Shown: piece by piece, positions 62,659 through 64,000 of the stretch
Position numbering within the stretch: the first letter of the stretch is position 1
Layout: each line of letters opens with the position of its first letter
Assembly: GCA_002418285.1 (NCBI GenBank)
Contig: DIDT01000032.1
Coordinates: forward strand, 78,737-142,736
DNA length: 64,000 nucleotides
Direction: 5' to 3'
Source: Phycisphaerales bacterium UBA5793
Lineage (GTDB): Bacteria > Planctomycetota > Phycisphaerae > Phycisphaerales > UBA5793
Translations under genes and position numbers: made by a program
Notes under the pieces: generated by a model
Database searches by the model: none
What the model was told of the DNA's origin: nothing
What the model saw: only the letters and a program-made list of their open reading frames with translations

Positions 62659-64000
62659 TCACCGCGCCAGCGGAAGCGTCGGATCGCCGAACAACATGAA
62701 CTTCATGCCTTGAAAGAAGATGCTTGCGGGATACCAGCCGGCGTCGGGCTTGATCGTGTCGAGATGTTCGGCGTCGTAGTAATGCGCCACTGCCGCCTTC
62801 CAGCAGTCGCCTACGCGCACGAGTGAACCATCCGCGCGCGGCCGCGCCATTTCCGCCGCGAATCCATCAAGCAACGTCAGCGCGCACGGCTGGCTCCCCG
62901 TGTTGCAGCCGATGTACGCCACGCATCCACGATCGGGGTTCCGCAGATACGACTCGCCCAATCCCGTCATGTTGTACTCGCCTCGTGCATAAGGCGAAGG
63001 CGGCGGTGGGGGAGCCGTGAACACCTCGCCTCTGTTCGTACCGGCGTGCTTCTCCCCGCTGGCATCCACATACGCCTCGTACGGCGGCAGCGTTGCAAAT
63101 CGCGCCGTCGAGCATCCAACTGAGAACATGACCGGCAACCAATCGCTCGGCTTGATCTTCTTGAGCGTGTTCGTGCTGAGGCAGCCGGCCCACAGATTGT
63201 CGTTCCCATGCCCGGTGTGAATGACGAGGTCAATGCCGCCGTTGAGCAGATCGATGAGTTGCTGCTCATCCGGAGCCGGTGGCGCATCGGCTGATGTTGA
63301 ACCATCGTGGTAGTATCGCTTCTCCACCGTCCAGCCGGCGCTGATGCGCGATGCAAATCGATCCAGATTCCCCCGCGCGTCCACCCAGCCATCGACCGCG
63401 ATCAGCGCCGCCTTCGCGTGCTCTTCACCCCCGCGTGATTCGAGAGCCCGTTCATACCGCATCGACTTGGCCGCAACCGCCAGCACCTCCGCCGCATCGC
63501 TCACGGGCCACCGTCCCACGGCGATCTCGGGTCGATAGTCCGCACCGTCGAAGTTGATCGGGTCGTCCTTGTTCGCCTCGCCGCGCACCTCGCCGAAATA
63601 ACCCCCATGAAAGTCGTCCTTCTGCCCGTTCCAGTCATCAATCGACCCATCGCGTTTCGCCAGGTCGGCATAGTACAGATCACTGGGGTAGAACGCATAG
63701 TCAAAGGCCGGCTCGGTCTTGCGATCGAGCACCATGTAGCGCACCGGCAGCACATCGGCGTCGCCCACCAGCAGCACGTGCGTGATGTGTTCGTGCTGCC
63801 ATTTGAAATGCAGATAGCGCTTCAGCCTCGCCGGGTCATCCAAATGCCGGTCTCCAGCGTCCAATCCGGCGAGCAGCCCCACGTCGATTGCGGTTTTGAG
63901 AGTCGTGAGCTCGACTGATCCCAGTCGCTCCTGCTTGAACGCGGTGTACTCGCCGAGCGCATCGCACAGCTCGGCCGGCGCGATGATCAGCAGGCGCACG
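62659..64000 (-). CDS. Peptidase C25 (gingipain)-like cysteine peptidase family protein; the 5' end is probably beyond the window
   Basis: RLLIIAPAEL...YTAFKQERLG, THVLLVGDADVLPVRY, catalytic-type motifs LVIHTGHGNDNLW (His) and PVMFSVGCSTARF (Cys). The reading frame is still open at 64000, and the track start (GTG 63999) is an edge artefact. Confidence 0.75.
   Translation of the reverse strand, partial: VRLLIIAPAELCDALGEYTAFKQERLGSVELTTLKTAIDVGLLAGLDAGDRHLDDPARLKRYLHFKWQHEHITHVLLVGDADVLPVRYMVLDRKTEPAFDYAFYPSDLYYADLAKRDGSIDDWNGQKDDFHGGYFGEVRGEANKDDPINFDGADYRPEIAVGRWPVSDAAEVLAVAAKSMRYERALESRGGEEHAKAALIAVDGWVDARGNLDRFASRISAGWTVEKRYYHDGSTSADAPPAPDEQQLIDLLNGGIDLVIHTGHGNDNLWAGCLSTNTLKKIKPSDWLPVMFSVGCSTARFATLPPYEAYVDASGEKHAGTNRGEVFTAPPPPPSPYARGEYNMTGLGESYLRNPDRGCVAYIGCNTGSQPCALTLLDGFAAEMARPRADGSLVRVGDCWKAAVAHYYDAEHLDTIKPDAGWYPASIFFQGMKFMLFGDPTLPLAR

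Noticed and set aside
1-64000. CRISPR arrays, transposases/IS elements, integrases, prophage or toxin-antitoxin/defence modules
   Set aside because: I looked for regularly spaced direct repeats and for the typical enzyme motifs on both strands and found none. The only repeat-type signals are the tRNA 5'-half duplicate and the short intergenic repeats reported above.

Overview
This is 64 kb of high-GC bacterial chromosome, about 60 % GC by eye, densely coding on both strands. I call about 50 protein genes, one tRNA-Leu(CAA), one decayed tRNA-Leu-like remnant, two intrinsic terminators and one well-defined divergent promoter/operator region. I found no CRISPR array, transposase, integrase, phage gene or recognisable defence gene. 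The gene content includes DUF1080, FG-GAP, SBBP and BNR repeat exoproteins, many lipobox lipoproteins, a C25-like peptidase, a TIGR03435 domain and a membrane-anchored solute-binding protein. This looks Planctomycetota/Phycisphaerae-like, but that is only an inference. All family calls come from motifs I recognise by eye, because no BLAST or HMM search could be run.

Layout by block:
- 1-7 kb: a Pcm/erythromycin-esterase fusion (missing from the ORF track because it runs off the edge), DUF1080, a divergent FG-GAP/SBBP exoprotein pair, and tRNA-Leu.
- 7-11.3 kb: a DtxR repressor opposite a feo operon.
- 11.3-17.5 kb: outer-membrane barrel / lipoprotein / LysM-FecR / CHASE2 cyclase cluster.
- 17.5-25.5 kb: TPR-YggX, korAB, carA, pyrD, and a flavoprotein.
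- 25.8-31.6 kb: an orphan secreted protein, rluA-like, comF-like, a HEAT-like membrane protein, and a ferredoxin-Rieske fusion.
- 31.7-41.9 kb: alpha-glucan locus with SBP, one permease, GH13, GH31 and a lipoprotein.
- 42.5-64 kb: acnA, a BNR protein, VIT1, DinB x2, a second feoAB plus a small Cys-rich protein, holA, queE, nadK, serS, GGCT, a ferritin-like protein, AlkD-like, a TlpA-TIGR03435 fusion, and a C25-like peptidase that is partial at the edge.

The best candidates for undescribed biology are:
1. The envelope-spanning barrel-lipoprotein-LysM/FecR-CHASE2 cyclase cluster.
2. A membrane-tethered DtxR-FeoA fusion coupled to a two-piece FeoB under a clean palindromic operator.
3. A ferredoxin-linker-TM-Rieske fusion with an internal twin-arginine motif and no cytochrome b partner.

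The many long ORFs in the track that mirror these genes are high-GC antisense shadows.
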